Shown: positions 1-13,774, counted from the first letter of the stretch. The stretch: DNA of 64,000 bases from Octopus sinensis (GCF_006345805.1 NC_043010.1:61566001-61630000); one strand, 5' to 3'. Notes: generated by a model not told the origin, from the sequence alone. Program-made: numbers and translations.

Positions 1-174
1 CTTACCACTGCTCGGTACTCAACTGACTCTCTGTTCTAAAGCATATGTGTATTTAGTTCTAACACCAGGTTACTAGTATCACTATACCTAAGTGAAATTA
101 TAAAATATTTATCAGTATGATGAAATTAAATAATTACATATGTATAAGTTAAATATTTTTGCTATACATATATA

Positions 175-220
<46 letters not shown>

Positions 221-449
221 ATGACATAATATATTTATGTAATATGTGATATTTATCTAATGTATATTACATAAATATATACACATATCTGTGTATGTAT
301 CTGCATCTATCTATCTATCTATCTATCTATCTATATATATGTATGTATGTATATGTATGTATATATAAATAATATATAATATATGTATATATGTGGTATA
401 TGTATGTTTATATATATATACATATATATATATTATATAATATATATAT

Positions 450-488
<39 letters not shown>

Positions 489-492
<4 letters not shown>

Positions 493-772
493 AGTGGATT
501 GGTAGACGGAAACTGAAAGAAGCCCGTCGTATATATGTATATATATATGAGTGTATGTGTGTCTGTGTTTGTCCCCCTAGCATTGCTTGACAACCGATAC
601 TGGTGTGTTTATGTCCCCGTTACTTAGCGATTCGGCAAAAGAGAACGATAGAATAAATACTGGGCTTACAAAAGAATAAGTCCCGGGATCGAATTGCTTG
701 ATTAAAGGCGGTGCTCCAGCATGGCCGCAGTCAAATGACTGAAACAAGTAAAAGAGTAAAGAGAGTAAAGAG
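489..772 (+). mobile_element. SINE family A, 5'-truncated
   Basis: Matches 29827-30239; GTAAAAGA tail. Confidence 0.85.
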
Positions 773-830
<58 letters not shown>

Positions 831-1380
831 ATATATATTATCAATAATATAATTAATTATTTTACCAATTTACCAAGTAGTGTTCAGTATGTAAAAAGAC
901 CATTTATACATATATACTGTATATATATATAATATATATATATATATTTACACACACACACATATATATATTACTGTTTCTATTTACATGAAGTTATATT
1001 CACATGCAGTGTAACATTAATTTTAGAGATTACTGTCAGCATTTTCCTTGTAAAAATTTACATATGGTATATACTTACATACGTTTCATTATATATATAA
1101 CATACAAATATATTTATATAAATATGAAATGTTTCATTACACACACACACACACATACATATAAAATGTACACATATGTACATGCATATATATATACATG
1201 CAGATTAATTTCATCTTATATATTCATAAATAAATATCCATATATGTATGCATGTATCTGTATATATCAAGGTATATATATATACACACACACATACACA
1301 CAACACACACACCACACACAGATAGATACATACATACAAATTAGCTTTATCTTATATATTCATACATAAATAATAGATAT

Positions 1381-1428
<48 letters not shown>

Positions 1429-1456
1429 TATTATATATATGCATCTTTTAGCTTGT

Positions 1457-1563
1457 CAACTCCTCGCAGCGTTTCACCCCTGGTGCCACTGAAGGGGATG
1501 CAATATTGTTGTTAAGGTGCGAAACTGCTTTTGATACTCTGGCCAATAATGGATGAGGAGTTG
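1457..1563 (+). ncRNA. Degenerate hammerhead-like fold in an insert within (TA)n
   Basis: GCCA-CUGAAGG..GCA/UGC-GAAA..UC-UGGC plus outer CAACUCCUC/GAGGAGUUG pairing; helix III poor. Confidence 0.25.
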
Positions 1564-1591
1564 GTAACCTATGTTTTTAACTCATTATATA

Positions 1592-1633
<42 letters not shown>

Positions 1634-2315
1634 CATGCATACATACATACATACATACATACATACATACATACATACATACATGTAAAATAAATGAATT
1701 ATATTATATATATATATATAAGTGTATGTCTGTATATATATATATGCATATATAATTAATATTCATATAAAGCAAATATAAAATTTAAAAAAAATATATA
1801 CATACACACACATACATATTATACATATGTCTGTTTTATTTACATTTGTAATATTTATATGATGAATATAATATACTATAATAAATGTATATGTGTGTGC
1901 TTATATATATACATACAGCTCTATATAAATATATATATATATGTATGTATGTATTATAACATTATATGACATATATTATACATATCACATTTGTATGCCT
2001 ATATGTATTTTATATATAGTTTACAGTTTCTGAATTATATATATGTTAATTATTATTATCATCATATAATATTGCGCACTCACCTGTGTACAGGTGCATG
2101 TACCTGTTTGTTTCTAAGTGTATTTCTCAAAACATTTCTCCAGTCCAGGTGCTCCCGTTGTAACCAATTTCCTTGTTGAGAGGTCTTCCTCTACCTTGGC
2201 ACATTTGTTGATATGTAGAATAAGAAATCCCTAAATTGGAATATATGAATTTAGGGTTGCAAAAGAAAGTGTATCAGGCTGTATCACAGTGGCTAAATCA
2301 GTGTTCCATTTAATT

Positions 2316-2531
2316 AGTTGGCGATCTGGTAGAATCGTTAGCACACCGAGCAAAATGCAAGCCGTATTTCATCTGCCGTTACGTTCTGAGTTCAAATTCC
2401 ACCAAGGTCGACTTTGCTTTTCATCATAAATAAAGTACCAGTTACGCACTGTCGATGTAATCGACTTAATCCATTTGTCTGTCTTTGTTTGTCCCCTCTA
2501 TGTTTAGCCCCTTGTGGGCAATAAAGAAATA
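2316..2531 (+). mobile_element. SINE family C
   Basis: GAGTTCAAATTCC B-box, GGTCGACTTTGC body. Confidence 0.8.
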
Positions 2532-2867
2532 TATATTTTGTTTTGGCTGTGCCAAAGAAATTGCTTATGTGGTAATTTTGTCTTCCTTTGCTAAAATTTG
2601 TGTGCTTCCATAAAAGTAACCATCTTCAATTAATAAAATTCAATTTCATTTTGAAAATGGCTCTTTGCATAATTTGGGTTTGTGTGTTGCATGCAAGTGC
2701 ACAAGCTCCAGTGGACAAGGGTTTCAGAAATTATGTTCGATTAACCTATGACAGAATGGGAAAAATGAACACAAAAAGGAACAATTAAATTTATGTGTAT
2801 GTGTGTTGTGTGTGTGTACATTTGCATATACCTCTGTGTATTTATACACGTGTGTATGAAAGCAGAC

Positions 2868-3137
2868 AGTCTAGTGATTAGCCACAAGGTTGTGGTTTCA
2901 ATTCCCAGATCAGTGGTGTATTGAGTTTTTGAGAGAAATACTTCATTTTGAGTCACTCTTGTTCACTCAGCTGTAAATGGTTAACCTTGCAATGGACTGG
3001 AATTCCATTTGGGGAGTGGGGTGGGTGGGGTGGGATGTTAGGCTGGCCAGTAGGGTGGTGGCTAGCATTTGAAAGCTACAGCAATGCAAGGAACTGCATT
3101 GTGACCAGTGGTGTATAACCTCTGATAGTTTGCTTGA
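2868..3137 (+). mobile_element. SINE family E (CORE-like middle), diverged
   Basis: CACTCAGCTGTAAATGG motif; tail shared with 40728. Confidence 0.6.
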
Positions 3138-3375
3138 TACAGGGATATATATATATATATATAAATATGTTTATATATATGTATGTATATATATATATGA
3201 ATGTTTATGTATATGTGTGTATATATATATATATATAGATATAGATATATGTGTATATATATAAACACACATATTTACATATAAACATTCATATATATAT
3301 ATATAAATACATATATATAAGCATATTCATACATATATATGTATGTATATGTGTGTATGTAATAATATAATATAA

Positions 3376-3434
<59 letters not shown>

Positions 3435-3495
3435 GCATAGGGTTCAGCAACGAATTGCCTTACCCATACCGAATTTAGAAATAGCCTTCATTATT

Positions 3496-3533
<38 letters not shown>

Positions 3534-3691
3534 TATATAACATACATACATACATACATATATATGTATGAATATGCTTATATATATGTATATTAAATTA
3601 TATATATTTAATATACATATAAAAACAGCAGGAGTATTTATTAAATGAATACTCCACTAAAAGTTTGGACGTTTAATATCAGTTTAATGTT

Positions 3692-3723
<32 letters not shown>

Positions 3724-3726
3724 TAA

Positions 3727-4456
3727 CAGCGTGCAGTGAATAATCTGTCATCTAAATTAGGCAAAAATGAAAATAACACTGTCATCTCATTTCAACCGAT
3801 ATATTTACTAAAATTGCATAAAAATATCTTGAAATACTAAAAAATAAATTTATTAAATAAAATCGCCATTGGCTTCAACCATGGCCTCCAGACGACTTTG
3901 GAATCTCCTGCAACTCTTCTGGACAGTCTCCTTGTTTAAATTGGTGAATGCTGCCAAAATCTTTGCCTTTAGTTCATCTTGTTACAAGGAGTTTTTTTAG
4001 TCTCTCGCTCAACTGTGCCCTACACATAATAATCAAAGGGGTTGCAATGTGGGGAGTTAGTTGGGCAGATGTTATGGGTGATGTGTTTGCAGAAATTGTC
4101 TGACAGCCATGGCTGGATTTTCCTGCTTGTATGGCATGGTGCAAAGTTCTATTGCCAGACGTAGGGTCTTCCAGCAGCCACCCTCTTGACCCAGGACAGT
4201 GCTACCTCCTCCAGGCATTTGATGTAGGCCTCCGTGTTGAGTCTGAGGCCATGTGGGAAGATAAATGGAGGCATAATATCACCATCACTTGTGATCACTC
4301 CAAACACCATGATGTTGGCTGGATGTTTGATTTTTATCACTTCTGGCATGAATGCCATGCAGTACATCATGCCATTTCCAAATTTCTGGCAGTGCAAATT
4401 ATGAAATGGTGGTGTTTTTCTTACAGACAGTGCCCAACTTACCCTACTATACTGCT
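3727..4456 (-). mobile_element. Tc1/mariner-superfamily DD37D (maT-type) transposase remnant
   Basis: KHPANIMVFGVITSDG...YVWQ*NFAPCHTS...NSPHCNPFDYYV*G...RLEAMVEANGDFI*; 37 residues between the decayed second Asp position and the third Asp; stops and a frameshift. Confidence 0.85.
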
Positions 4457-4891
4457 TAGTCAACAAAATTATAAACGAACAATGCGCTTGCCCGAAATTA
4501 AAAGTATATATGTTTATATGTATATGTTTATACATATGTATATAAATGTATATATTTATGCACATATATATATATGTGTACAGGTATGAACATATATACA
4601 TGTGTGTGTGTGTTTATATATATATTTATATTAATGAAATCTACTTACCCTATTGTATGGAAACAAAATTATCATTATTTAAGTTGTTGCCATAAACTTC
4701 ATATATATATATAAAAAATATATAAAATATATAATACATAAAATATAAATATATTTATATATATTGATAAAAATGGTAAAACAACAAAAAATGAAAGACC
4801 TCGATATTATGTAAATTGAGGAATTTATCTGTAAATGTAATATGTGAATAATTATCACATATTACATTTACATATATATATATATATATAT

Positions 4892-4919
<28 letters not shown>

Positions 4920-4926
<7 letters not shown>

Positions 4927-5450
4927 TCTATATTTAATATCTATTATATATATTTAATATATCTATAATATATATACATATATATTTAATGTATCAGTAA
5001 TATGTATATATATTTATATATCCATAAATATATATATATATTTAATATATCAGTAAATATGTATATATATTTAATATATCCATAAATATATATATATATA
5101 TATTTAATATATCAGTAAATATGTATATTATTAATATATCCATAATATATATATATATATATATTTAATATATCAGTAAATATGTATATATATTTAATAT
5201 ATCCAAAATATATATATATATATATTTAATATATCAGTAAATATGTATATATTTAATATATCCATAAATATATATATTATATATATATTTAATATATCAG
5301 TAAATTGTATATATATTTAATATATCCATAATATATATTATATATATATTATTAATATATCTATAAATATTATATATTTAATATATCTATAGATATATAT
5401 AATTTAAATATCTATAAATATATAAATATATTTAATATAGGTATAAATAT
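4920..5450. repeat. AT-rich minisatellite, ~30-bp units
   Basis: TTTAATATATC-(AGTAAA or CATAAA)-TAT... units. Confidence 0.85.
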
Positions 5451-5570
5451 ATATATATATTATATATATATATATCTATAATGAGAATTTACAAAAACAA
5501 ACAAAAGATGAAGACAGGTGTGTAAACAACAAACAAATGTGTTAGTTTAACGCTTGAGAAGTGAGAAACT

Positions 5571-5606
5571 CTTTTACGTTTCAAGCCTACGCTCTTCCAC
5601 AGAAAG
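5571..5606 (-). ncRNA. Minimal hammerhead-like motif, CUGUGGA core
   Basis: CUUU-CUGUGGA-aGAGC(guag)GCUU-GAAA-CG-UA-AAAG. Confidence 0.45.
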
Positions 5607-5944
5607 GAACAAATAAGAGGTGAATGTGGTCTGCTGGCACACTACTAGGGACATACACAAAATACAGTTTGGATGCTAAATTTTAAATTTCAAATCTAAA
5701 CTTTAATTACAATTTATATGTATATATAGTTATAAATGTATGCAATATATAAAGTTAATATATATTATATGAAATATATATAATATATATGTAATGTATA
5801 TGTATTATGTACTCTACATATGTTATATAAATATGCATGTCACTATCACCCCTTCTTGCATAACGGCTTATTAAATGAATACTCCACTAAAAGTTTGGGC
5901 GTTTAATATCAGTTTAATGTTATACATCCTATTATATATATATA

Positions 5945-6258
5945 TATAATCAAAAATAAGCAACAAGAATGAATCCGGTAATTTAGTACAATTGTTTCAT
6001 ACTACAACACTTTATTAAAAGCTGTAAATATTACAGCAGATTTAAGTACTCGGCATCTTAAATCTGCTGTAATATTTACAGCTTTTAATAAAATGTTTTG
6101 TAGTATGAAACAATTGTACTAAATTACCGGAATCATTCTTGTTGCTTATTTTTGATTATAATCACCCAGCATATTTTTATGGGTAACACCATAAAAAAAT
6201 TCTAGTGCATCTAAATTAAGTACCATATTCATTTGAATCTAAATTGTTGCTGATCTTA
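5945..6258. repeat. Fold-back element: ~100-bp arms (5945-6160) plus unpaired tail, in (TA)n
   Basis: Near-perfect inverted repeat with 10-nt loop; related to 10598-10830 and 13654-13720. Confidence 0.85.
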
Positions 6259-6744
6259 TATATATATATATATTTATATATTATATCTGTATTGTTTTAC
6301 TGTATGTGTATTATATCGTCATCATCGTTTAACATGATGATGATGATGATATAATACACATACAGTAATAAAATGTATGTTCATAAATATTTAATATTGT
6401 GTGTGTGTGTGTGTGGTGTGTATTAGAATGAAGGCTGATCAGTTTGGTATACTTTTAATTCCTTGTTGCATGTGTTTCATTACCATGTAGGTAATACGTT
6501 ATGAATATAAATTTTGATATTATAAATATGATAATTTCATGAGAGGTATATAGATGTAGAAAATATGTGTGGGATGTCCTGTCTGTGATTACTCAGACAA
6601 AGGTTCAGAAATAATAGTGTTACTTGGATGAAATTGTTATTTATAGTTTGTAGAATTTATCAGGAGAATGCTGAGACACGGGGGGGATTAAAAGGACAGA
6701 GGGGAAGAAAAATAATAAAAGTGAGAGAATTATGTATCTTTACA

Positions 6745-6787
<43 letters not shown>

Positions 6788-6849
6788 GGAAAATAAAATG
6801 TTGAAAATGCACTAGGAGTTTTTGAAGTTTGTCTGTGTGTGTGTGTGTT

Positions 6850-6963
6850 TTCCGTTTTGGAGAATTGGTTCTCGAAGTACATAAAGCTATAAATAATAAC
6901 ATGTAGATATTGGGTTGAAAATCTTTTTCGATAGCAAAATTCGGAAGTTGTCCCAAAGTGAGT
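6850..6963 (+). promoter_or_regulatory. Candidate non-coding first exon and splice donor of ZNF-1
   Basis: Non-repetitive sequence ending AAA|GTGAGT at 6958; pairing with the 14083 acceptor is inferred. Confidence 0.3.
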
Positions 6964-7153
6964 TTGTCATGTCTGCAAGAGAAGTGTCTTTGTGTCCCAC
7001 GAACAGCATTTCATTCTTCTATCCAAAATTGCTCTTCAACCTGTTATTCCCTGGCTGTTATCTTTAGCTCTATGTGATGTGCTGCAAGTTCTAATCTTCC
7101 GAAAAAGAATTACTTCACATTCTTGTGAAAGTTTATAAATTCATCTATCTATC

Positions 7154-7185
<32 letters not shown>

Positions 7186-7258
7186 ATATATGTATGTATG
7201 TATATATTGCCATGATAGATCCCTAGCCACTACACATTTTTTATTTTCCCTCCTTGTT

Positions 7259-7296
7259 TCTTTCTGTGGAAAAGTGTATGCTCGAAATGTTAAAGA
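7259..7296 (+). ncRNA. Minimal hammerhead-like motif, CUGUGGA core
   Basis: UCUUU-CUGUGGA-aAAGU(guau)GCUC-GAAA-UG-UU-AAAGA; same family as 5571. Confidence 0.4.
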
Positions 7297-7391
7297 CTTT
7301 TTCACTTCCTGAGCATTATACTAATACATCTGTTTGTTGTCTACACCACCTGTCTTTGTCTTTCTTTTCTTGTGAATTCTCCCCCCCCCCC

Positions 7392-7422
<31 letters not shown>

Positions 7423-8067
7423 TTAATTTTGATTGATGAAAAAGGACTTGAAATTAATATAACATAAGCAATTTTATGCTATAAATTTAGATTTCATTCA
7501 CTTCTTAAGACATTTTACTCATTCCCTCAATTATTAAACACACACACACACCTGTGTGAAATTAAAAATATAAAATTATGCATTCACACAAAAACTATTT
7601 TTATCTAAAGATGTTTTACTATTAAAAATATTACATGTTATTAATTAATGAATACAGAAAGACCAGGAGTTATGTGATCACCCATTAGCTTACAGTTGTT
7701 TCTGCTATAAAACACATTACATTCAGAGCTGGGTGCTTATGCAGAATCTTATAGCTTCTTCATTATTACTTCCCTATTATGTTGTTCTGATTGTAATCAA
7801 CACACTTGTCTAAATGCTTTCCAAACTTCGTTTTAAACATTCTCCATTGAGTGCACTACTCTTTGTAGCAGAAACATCTGTAAGCTTATGAAAGGGATTA
7901 CATAACTACCATTCTTTTATCATTCATTAATTTATATAAAGCTTTGTACTCTTCAGATGCTTTACTCTGTAGTATAGTTTTAACAACTGGTTATTAGTAA
8001 TGATATGTGTGAGGAAAAGCATAACATTATATATATGTATATCTATATATACATATGTATATATGCA

Positions 8068-8116
<49 letters not shown>

Positions 8117-8813
8117 TTATTTATATATATATATATATATATATATGCGTGCATACACACACACACAAATATATGAAAATGAAGACAAAAATTTGTATCC
8201 ACATGAAAAATGTTTCCAAATATATTTTTACTGTCAAAAAAATGTGTAAATATAAATAGTTATTATATATATGCAGCAATATATAATACACATAACACAA
8301 CACACACACACACACACATAGATACATACATGAGAAAACTAATTTGAAGACTACAGATTCAAGCCATCACTAGAACTATAAAAATCTGTAAAACTTTCCA
8401 GAAGTTTATCGTTTAAGTGTATATGAGCATGTTTGGGTATGCAACTATATGCATGAGAATACACACATAAAACAAATCATACAAATCTACACATATACAT
8501 ACATATATACAAAAATACCTTGTTGATGTTGAAATACCAATGAAGAAGCCTTGGATCTAAGTTAGAAACCAGCTCATTCTCCATTGGCAAGAAATCTTGA
8601 AATAAAACTGAACGATGACAAACATACATATAATAGCTAGATAGATATGTACATATATATATATGTGTGTGTATTTGTATCTGTAATATGTGTTACATAA
8701 ATATCGTGTGAAGAATATGTATTTTGAGATATTGTATATTGTATATATGTATCTCAAAATATAATTCATACATGTAACATACATATATACATACTTATAT
8801 AAATATATACATA

Positions 8814-8850
<37 letters not shown>

Positions 8851-9188
8851 TACTTATATAAAGATATATATATGTATATATGTGTGTATTATGACAAAAA
8901 ATATTGCTTTATGTATATATAACATATACATATACACATTTACATATATGTTTTTATATAAATATATTTAAATTTTTACATATATAAAAAAGTTATACTT
9001 AAAAATATAAATTATCTGCATGTTATATTGTGTGTGTGTACATATATATATATATACACACATCCATATACCTTACCTGTACCATATATATATATATATA
9101 CATATACATTATAACATTTATATAAATTACATATAATATATACGTTTTTCTCTCTCTCCGTCTATATATATATAAAATTTATATATGT

Positions 9189-9225
<37 letters not shown>

Positions 9226-9232
9226 TGTGGTG

Positions 9233-9279
<47 letters not shown>

Positions 9280-9599
9280 TTGTGTATGTGTATGTATATA
9301 ATATATTATGTATATATATATATTATATATTATATATATACACATATATACATACATACATATAGATTAAACAGATAACATGGCATTTTATTTTCTGCGT
9401 ATTAACTACAATAATTACTTGATTATAATTGCATATTGAAACCTTGTTTTATCTTATTGATTAAAATTATTGTTTATCAAACAGTACCACACTGACTTAT
9501 CTTGTGTCTTGATGTCGTTGTCACCCGACAAATGGCTATAAGAGTAGAATATTCTGTGTATATATATAATATATGTGTATGTAGTATATATAATACATA

Positions 9600-9667
<68 letters not shown>

Positions 9668-9716
9668 TCATCATCATCATCATCGTTTAACGTCTGCTTT
9701 CCATGCTAGCATGGGT

Positions 9717-9748
<32 letters not shown>

Positions 9749-9759
9749 AAAAAATAGTA

Positions 9760-9980
9760 GTTTCAGTCAATTAATTGTGTCCATGCTGGAGCACCACCTT
9801 TAATCAAATGAATTGGTCTCAGGACTTATTCTTTGTAAGCCTGGTACTTATTCTATCGGTCTCTTTTGCCAAACTGCAAAGTTACAGGGATGTAAGCACA
9901 CCAACATTGGTTGTCAAGCGATGTTGGGAGGACAAACCCAGTACCATGTGTTTGGAAAGCAAGCTTTTACCACACAGCCA
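9760..9980 (-). mobile_element. SINE family A, internally deleted
   Basis: Head and tail segments match the family. Confidence 0.7.
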
Positions 9981-10061
9981 AGTACATGTACACATATATA
10001 TATGTGTGTGTGTGTGTGTATTTATATATACACATATATATATATATATGAAATGTGTTTA

Positions 10062-10260
10062 ACATCAACATCATCATGGTTGTTTAATGTCCGCTTTCCA
10101 TACAGGCATGGAGTGGATAGTTCAACATGAACTGACACCTCAACGGACTGCACCAATCACCATGTCTGCTTCGTTATGGTTTCTATAGCTGAATACCCTT
10201 CTTTTTATACCAACCACTTCGCAAAGTGTACCAGGTGCTTATTTTCATGGTTCCACCAAT
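10062..10260 (-). mobile_element. SINE-like family B, diverged
   Basis: Family match. Confidence 0.6.
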
Positions 10261-10733
10261 GGTGAAGCCAGGTAACCACTTGCAAGAGAAATCCCCTCAA
10301 CTAAGTGGTGTAAATTGAAAAAACAAAAACGGCTGTGTGGGTAGGTAAGCGTGCTAGTGCTCCCAGGGGCGACTGGTCTTAATTTCCTCTATTATGACCA
10401 GGAGGACATTGATGAATAGATGGGGTGAACTCCTACCAATACATCAAACTTATTGTTGTACTAATTACTAAATCTCACCTTACTGACCACACCTCTGTAC
10501 ATGGCTTGTGTGGCTCTCACCAGCCATTCATTTAACTCTAGCTTCCTCAGACTCCTAGGGTAGACAAATGGCATGTGTGTGTGTGAATATATATATATTA
10601 TAAGTTCAGTAAAATTTAGATTCAGATGAATATGCTACTTAAGTTGAAAGCGCCTGAATTTTGTATGTATTATCCATATAATTTAAAATGAGGTGATTAT
10701 AATCAAAATAAGCAACAAGGATATCCAGAGGTA

Positions 10734-10822
10734 ATGCAGTACAATCGTTTCATGCGACTCCATTTAATTGAACAATGCAAGTATTACATCAATTTAAAAT
10801 GTAGAGCAATTTTCAGCTGCAT
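10734..10822 (-). ncRNA. Degenerate type-I hammerhead with long helix II
   Basis: AUGCAG-CUGAAAA-(~58 nt)-GAAA-CGAUUG-UA-CUGCAU; 6-bp helix I; G8A core change. Confidence 0.55.
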
Positions 10823-10869
10823 AAAATTCTATATTTTTATATTTTGATACTGATTAGAAGATCGAAAAT

Positions 10870-10913
10870 CCACCTGAAGAATGTCAGTAGAAGACAGGAA
10901 ACAATTGTAGTGG
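10870..10913 (+). ncRNA. Minimal type-I hammerhead ribozyme motif
   Basis: CCAC-CUGAAGA-aUGUC(aguagaa)GACAg-GAAA-CAAUUG-UA-GUGG. Confidence 0.65.
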
Positions 10914-11554
10914 CGGTTTATTTAATTTATATTAAAATTTTATGTATTGATTAAGTCTTTCCTTGTTTGATTTTAAAATAGTGGTTTTGTCTCGAATTAT
11001 ATAATATTTTACTATAAAATTGGATTTAACCCTAAATCTGATTTTTCCCTGTAATTTTGGATTCATTCCCTAATATTTATTATTATTATATATATATATA
11101 TATATATATATTTATGTATGTATGTATGTACGTTCATTTGTGCATGTGTCTGTACATCCATCTGTCTGCATCTGTCCATCCATCTGTAGAAACCCTGTCA
11201 AAACAGAGAGCTGAGCTTGGTTCTGTCTTCTGACTTGCCAGTTACAGTTACACCATCTCTCCCATGCCAGCATGGAAAATGGGTATTAAATGATGGTGAT
11301 GGTGATGATGTATACATACATGCCTATTTTCTATAATGACATGTATGTATATGTGTGTTTTCTTTATCCTGATGTTCATCTATTAACTGCAAAAAAAGAT
11401 GACATTCTTACAAACAATGTCATTTGTTTGCAATCCCCTCCAAAAACATGTCCAACCATTAAGCTGTCTGTTGTTTGAAGGTCTTGGGGAAGAAATATTG
11501 CCTTGGAAACAGGAGGGGGTTAGCAATGGAAACAGCATCTGGCTATAGAAAATC

Positions 11555-11638
11555 CAGTGGAGAATAGTAGCTTCATTTCTTGCAAGCTTACACATGTCCT
11601 CAGCAGTCGCAGCCCATGTTTCACTGCAATGTAGCATA
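11555..11638 (-). mobile_element. RTE-like LINE fragment
   Basis: MLHCSETWAATAEDMCKLARNEATILHW. Confidence 0.6.
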
Positions 11639-11639
11639 T

Positions 11640-11957
11640 GTGTCCTGGTGTCAGTGTTTGTCCTCCACTGCTCGAAAACCAGTGTTGGTGTATTTACGTC
11701 CCCGTAACTTTGCAATTCGGCAAAAGATACCAGTAGAATAAGAACTAGGCTTTAAAAAAATAAATCCTGAGGTTGATTCATTCAATTAAAAGGCAGTGCC
11801 TCAGCATGGCCTCGGTCTAATGACTGAAACAAGTGAAAACCAAAAGATAAAAGATGAGTTACATCCACTTTAGTAGAAGACACTTGCCACAAAGTGGGAC
11901 TGAACCAGAATCCATGTGGTTGGGAAGCAAGCTTCTTACCCACACAGCTACACCTGC
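11640..11957. mobile_element. SINE family A fragments (3' half +, head -)
   Basis: Family match. Confidence 0.7.
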
Positions 11958-12915
11958 ACATGCATATATTATATTTCCTGGATAATTCTACTCCAAATTA
12001 AACCCCTAATTAAAATGTTGGCCCAATGATGTGTTAATAGAGACCTTGTCTGTGTTGGAGGTTGTTATAGTTGCTGAGTCCTATGTCAACCCTGGTCAGG
12101 TAGTCCAATGATTAGATTCATTCCATCTGTGGCCATCACAGCATTTTTGCCTTGGCAGTACACTTAAGTGCCAGATTTATACAGCAGGATTTTGTTGTGT
12201 CTAGGGAGAGTCATTGGTTAAATATCCAACTAACTAACAAGTGACTAATAATAAAAGAGTGGAATTGAACCAGTGTGTGTGTTAATATTGGCATAATGAT
12301 CCTCCCGAGACACTACAAAATTTGTTTCACAAATTCACATAAAGGATCTTGCAAACCTGATACAAAAAAACCATATACAGCAGGACCTTTCAAAAACAGT
12401 ATTGTGTGATTCAAGGGAGACTTGGCTGCTATTTCTAGCCGACTCTATAACTCCATAGACGTTTCCTCATTAACCCTGTGTTTGTTGGGGGAATGGCACA
12501 GGTGTCGGTTGTAGTAACAACACCTTTAATTAACAGCTATTCGTTAACATTCTTCATTTGTTGGTCACAAACTAGACAGAATGATGACATTGCACTGAGG
12601 TGGTGGTGGTGGGCGGTTGAGGTGTCATGTCCTTGAACCAGTGTCCATCTGTTAGCTGTAATTACACTCAATCACCATAGCCGCAGCCGAGGAACTGTGG
12701 AAGCCAAAGTAAATTAGATGGAGGACTTTATGAATGTTTGTGTGTGTGTGTGAGAGTGTGTATGTTTGTGTGTGTGTGTGTGTGTGTGTGTGACAGTCAC
12801 CTTTGATTTTTCAGTTACCCAAATATTAAGATATCAACATTATCATGCTTCCTTTCTTAAACCAGCTTTGAATGGCTTCACAGTGTGATTGACATAAGCG
12901 TATAATGAAATAATC

Positions 12916-12947
<32 letters not shown>

Positions 12948-13074
12948 TTTGTGTATATGGATTTCATGCAATGTAATAAGCTGTCAAGAGTTTAACAACC
13001 TGTTACTAATTGAGCTGTTAATTACTGTGGATTTATTGTTTGATGTTTAGATATCAATTCTGTGTATATGTGTA

Positions 13075-13360
13075 AATTAAATAAGGGTAGAAATTGATAT
13101 TAATCAATTAAAACCAGTGGCCTAGCATATTTTAAAAATATCCGAAGATTAAAAATTTTTTTACATACAAAATTTAGAGGACTAACCACTAAAAGTAGAC
13201 GGCCTTTATGCTAGATATAGATGTCAAAATCACCATTTTCCACGAAGAATGTGGAATTTTTTTTCTTGAGAACACATTCTTCATGGAATATAGTGATTTT
13301 GACGTCTATATCTAGCATAAAGGCCGTCTACTTTTAGTGGTCAGTCCTGTAAATTTTGTA
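13075..13360. repeat. Fold-back element: ~88-bp arms (13166-13360) plus tail
   Basis: TACAAAATTTAGAGGACTAACCACT... / ...AGTGGTCAGTCCTGTAAATTTTGTA. Confidence 0.8.
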
Positions 13361-13716
13361 TATATATATATGTGTGTGTGTGTGTGTATAAGTATATGTA
13401 CCAAAGTGTACAGTGGGCAAGAACAGTTTGTCTAAGGCAACTGAGTATATCTAGCGGGACATCCCCTTCTTTGTGCATGTACCTGGTGTGACACAAAACT
13501 GCACAGATTGATGCTACACAATCGGATGCCCAAAATCCTACCCACAGCTGCAGGATGGGTCAAAATGATCATCAAACTGAATAAGGAGCAGCACTAAATC
13601 CATCTTCTCTTTCCTTCATCAATTGTGTGTGTGTGTATATATATATATATATTTCAAAATAAGCAACAAGGATATCCAAAGGTAGTGTAGTTGTTGCTTA
13701 TTTTGATTATAATCAC

Positions 13717-13751
<35 letters not shown>

Positions 13752-13774
13752 TGTTGTTGTTGTTGTTATTAGGT

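Larger units (their letters stand above)
170..2060. repeat. Dense (TA)n/(CA)n/(TATC)n/(TACA)n microsatellite field; similar fields recur through the window
   Basis: Directly visible. Confidence 0.9.
10598..11085. mobile_element. Two PLE-like termini joined back-to-back in (TA)n
   Basis: Left half matches the 5945-6258 family; each half carries a hammerhead fold. Confidence 0.55.

Noticed and set aside
775-845. Irregular interruptions in long (TA)n runs as a possible pattern
   Set aside because: Consistent with slippage or long-read consensus error.
4131-4589. 152-aa plus-strand ORF
   Set aside because: Antisense to the transposase remnant and runs into microsatellite.
8537-8587. Hammerhead-like AUGAAGA...GAAACC segment
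   Set aside because: C3 missing and helix I not adjacent to the cleavage site; too degenerate to call.
408-9690. Many short ORFs rich in YI/IY/TH/CV
   Set aside because: Translations of (TA)n and (CA)n microsatellites; no coding signal.
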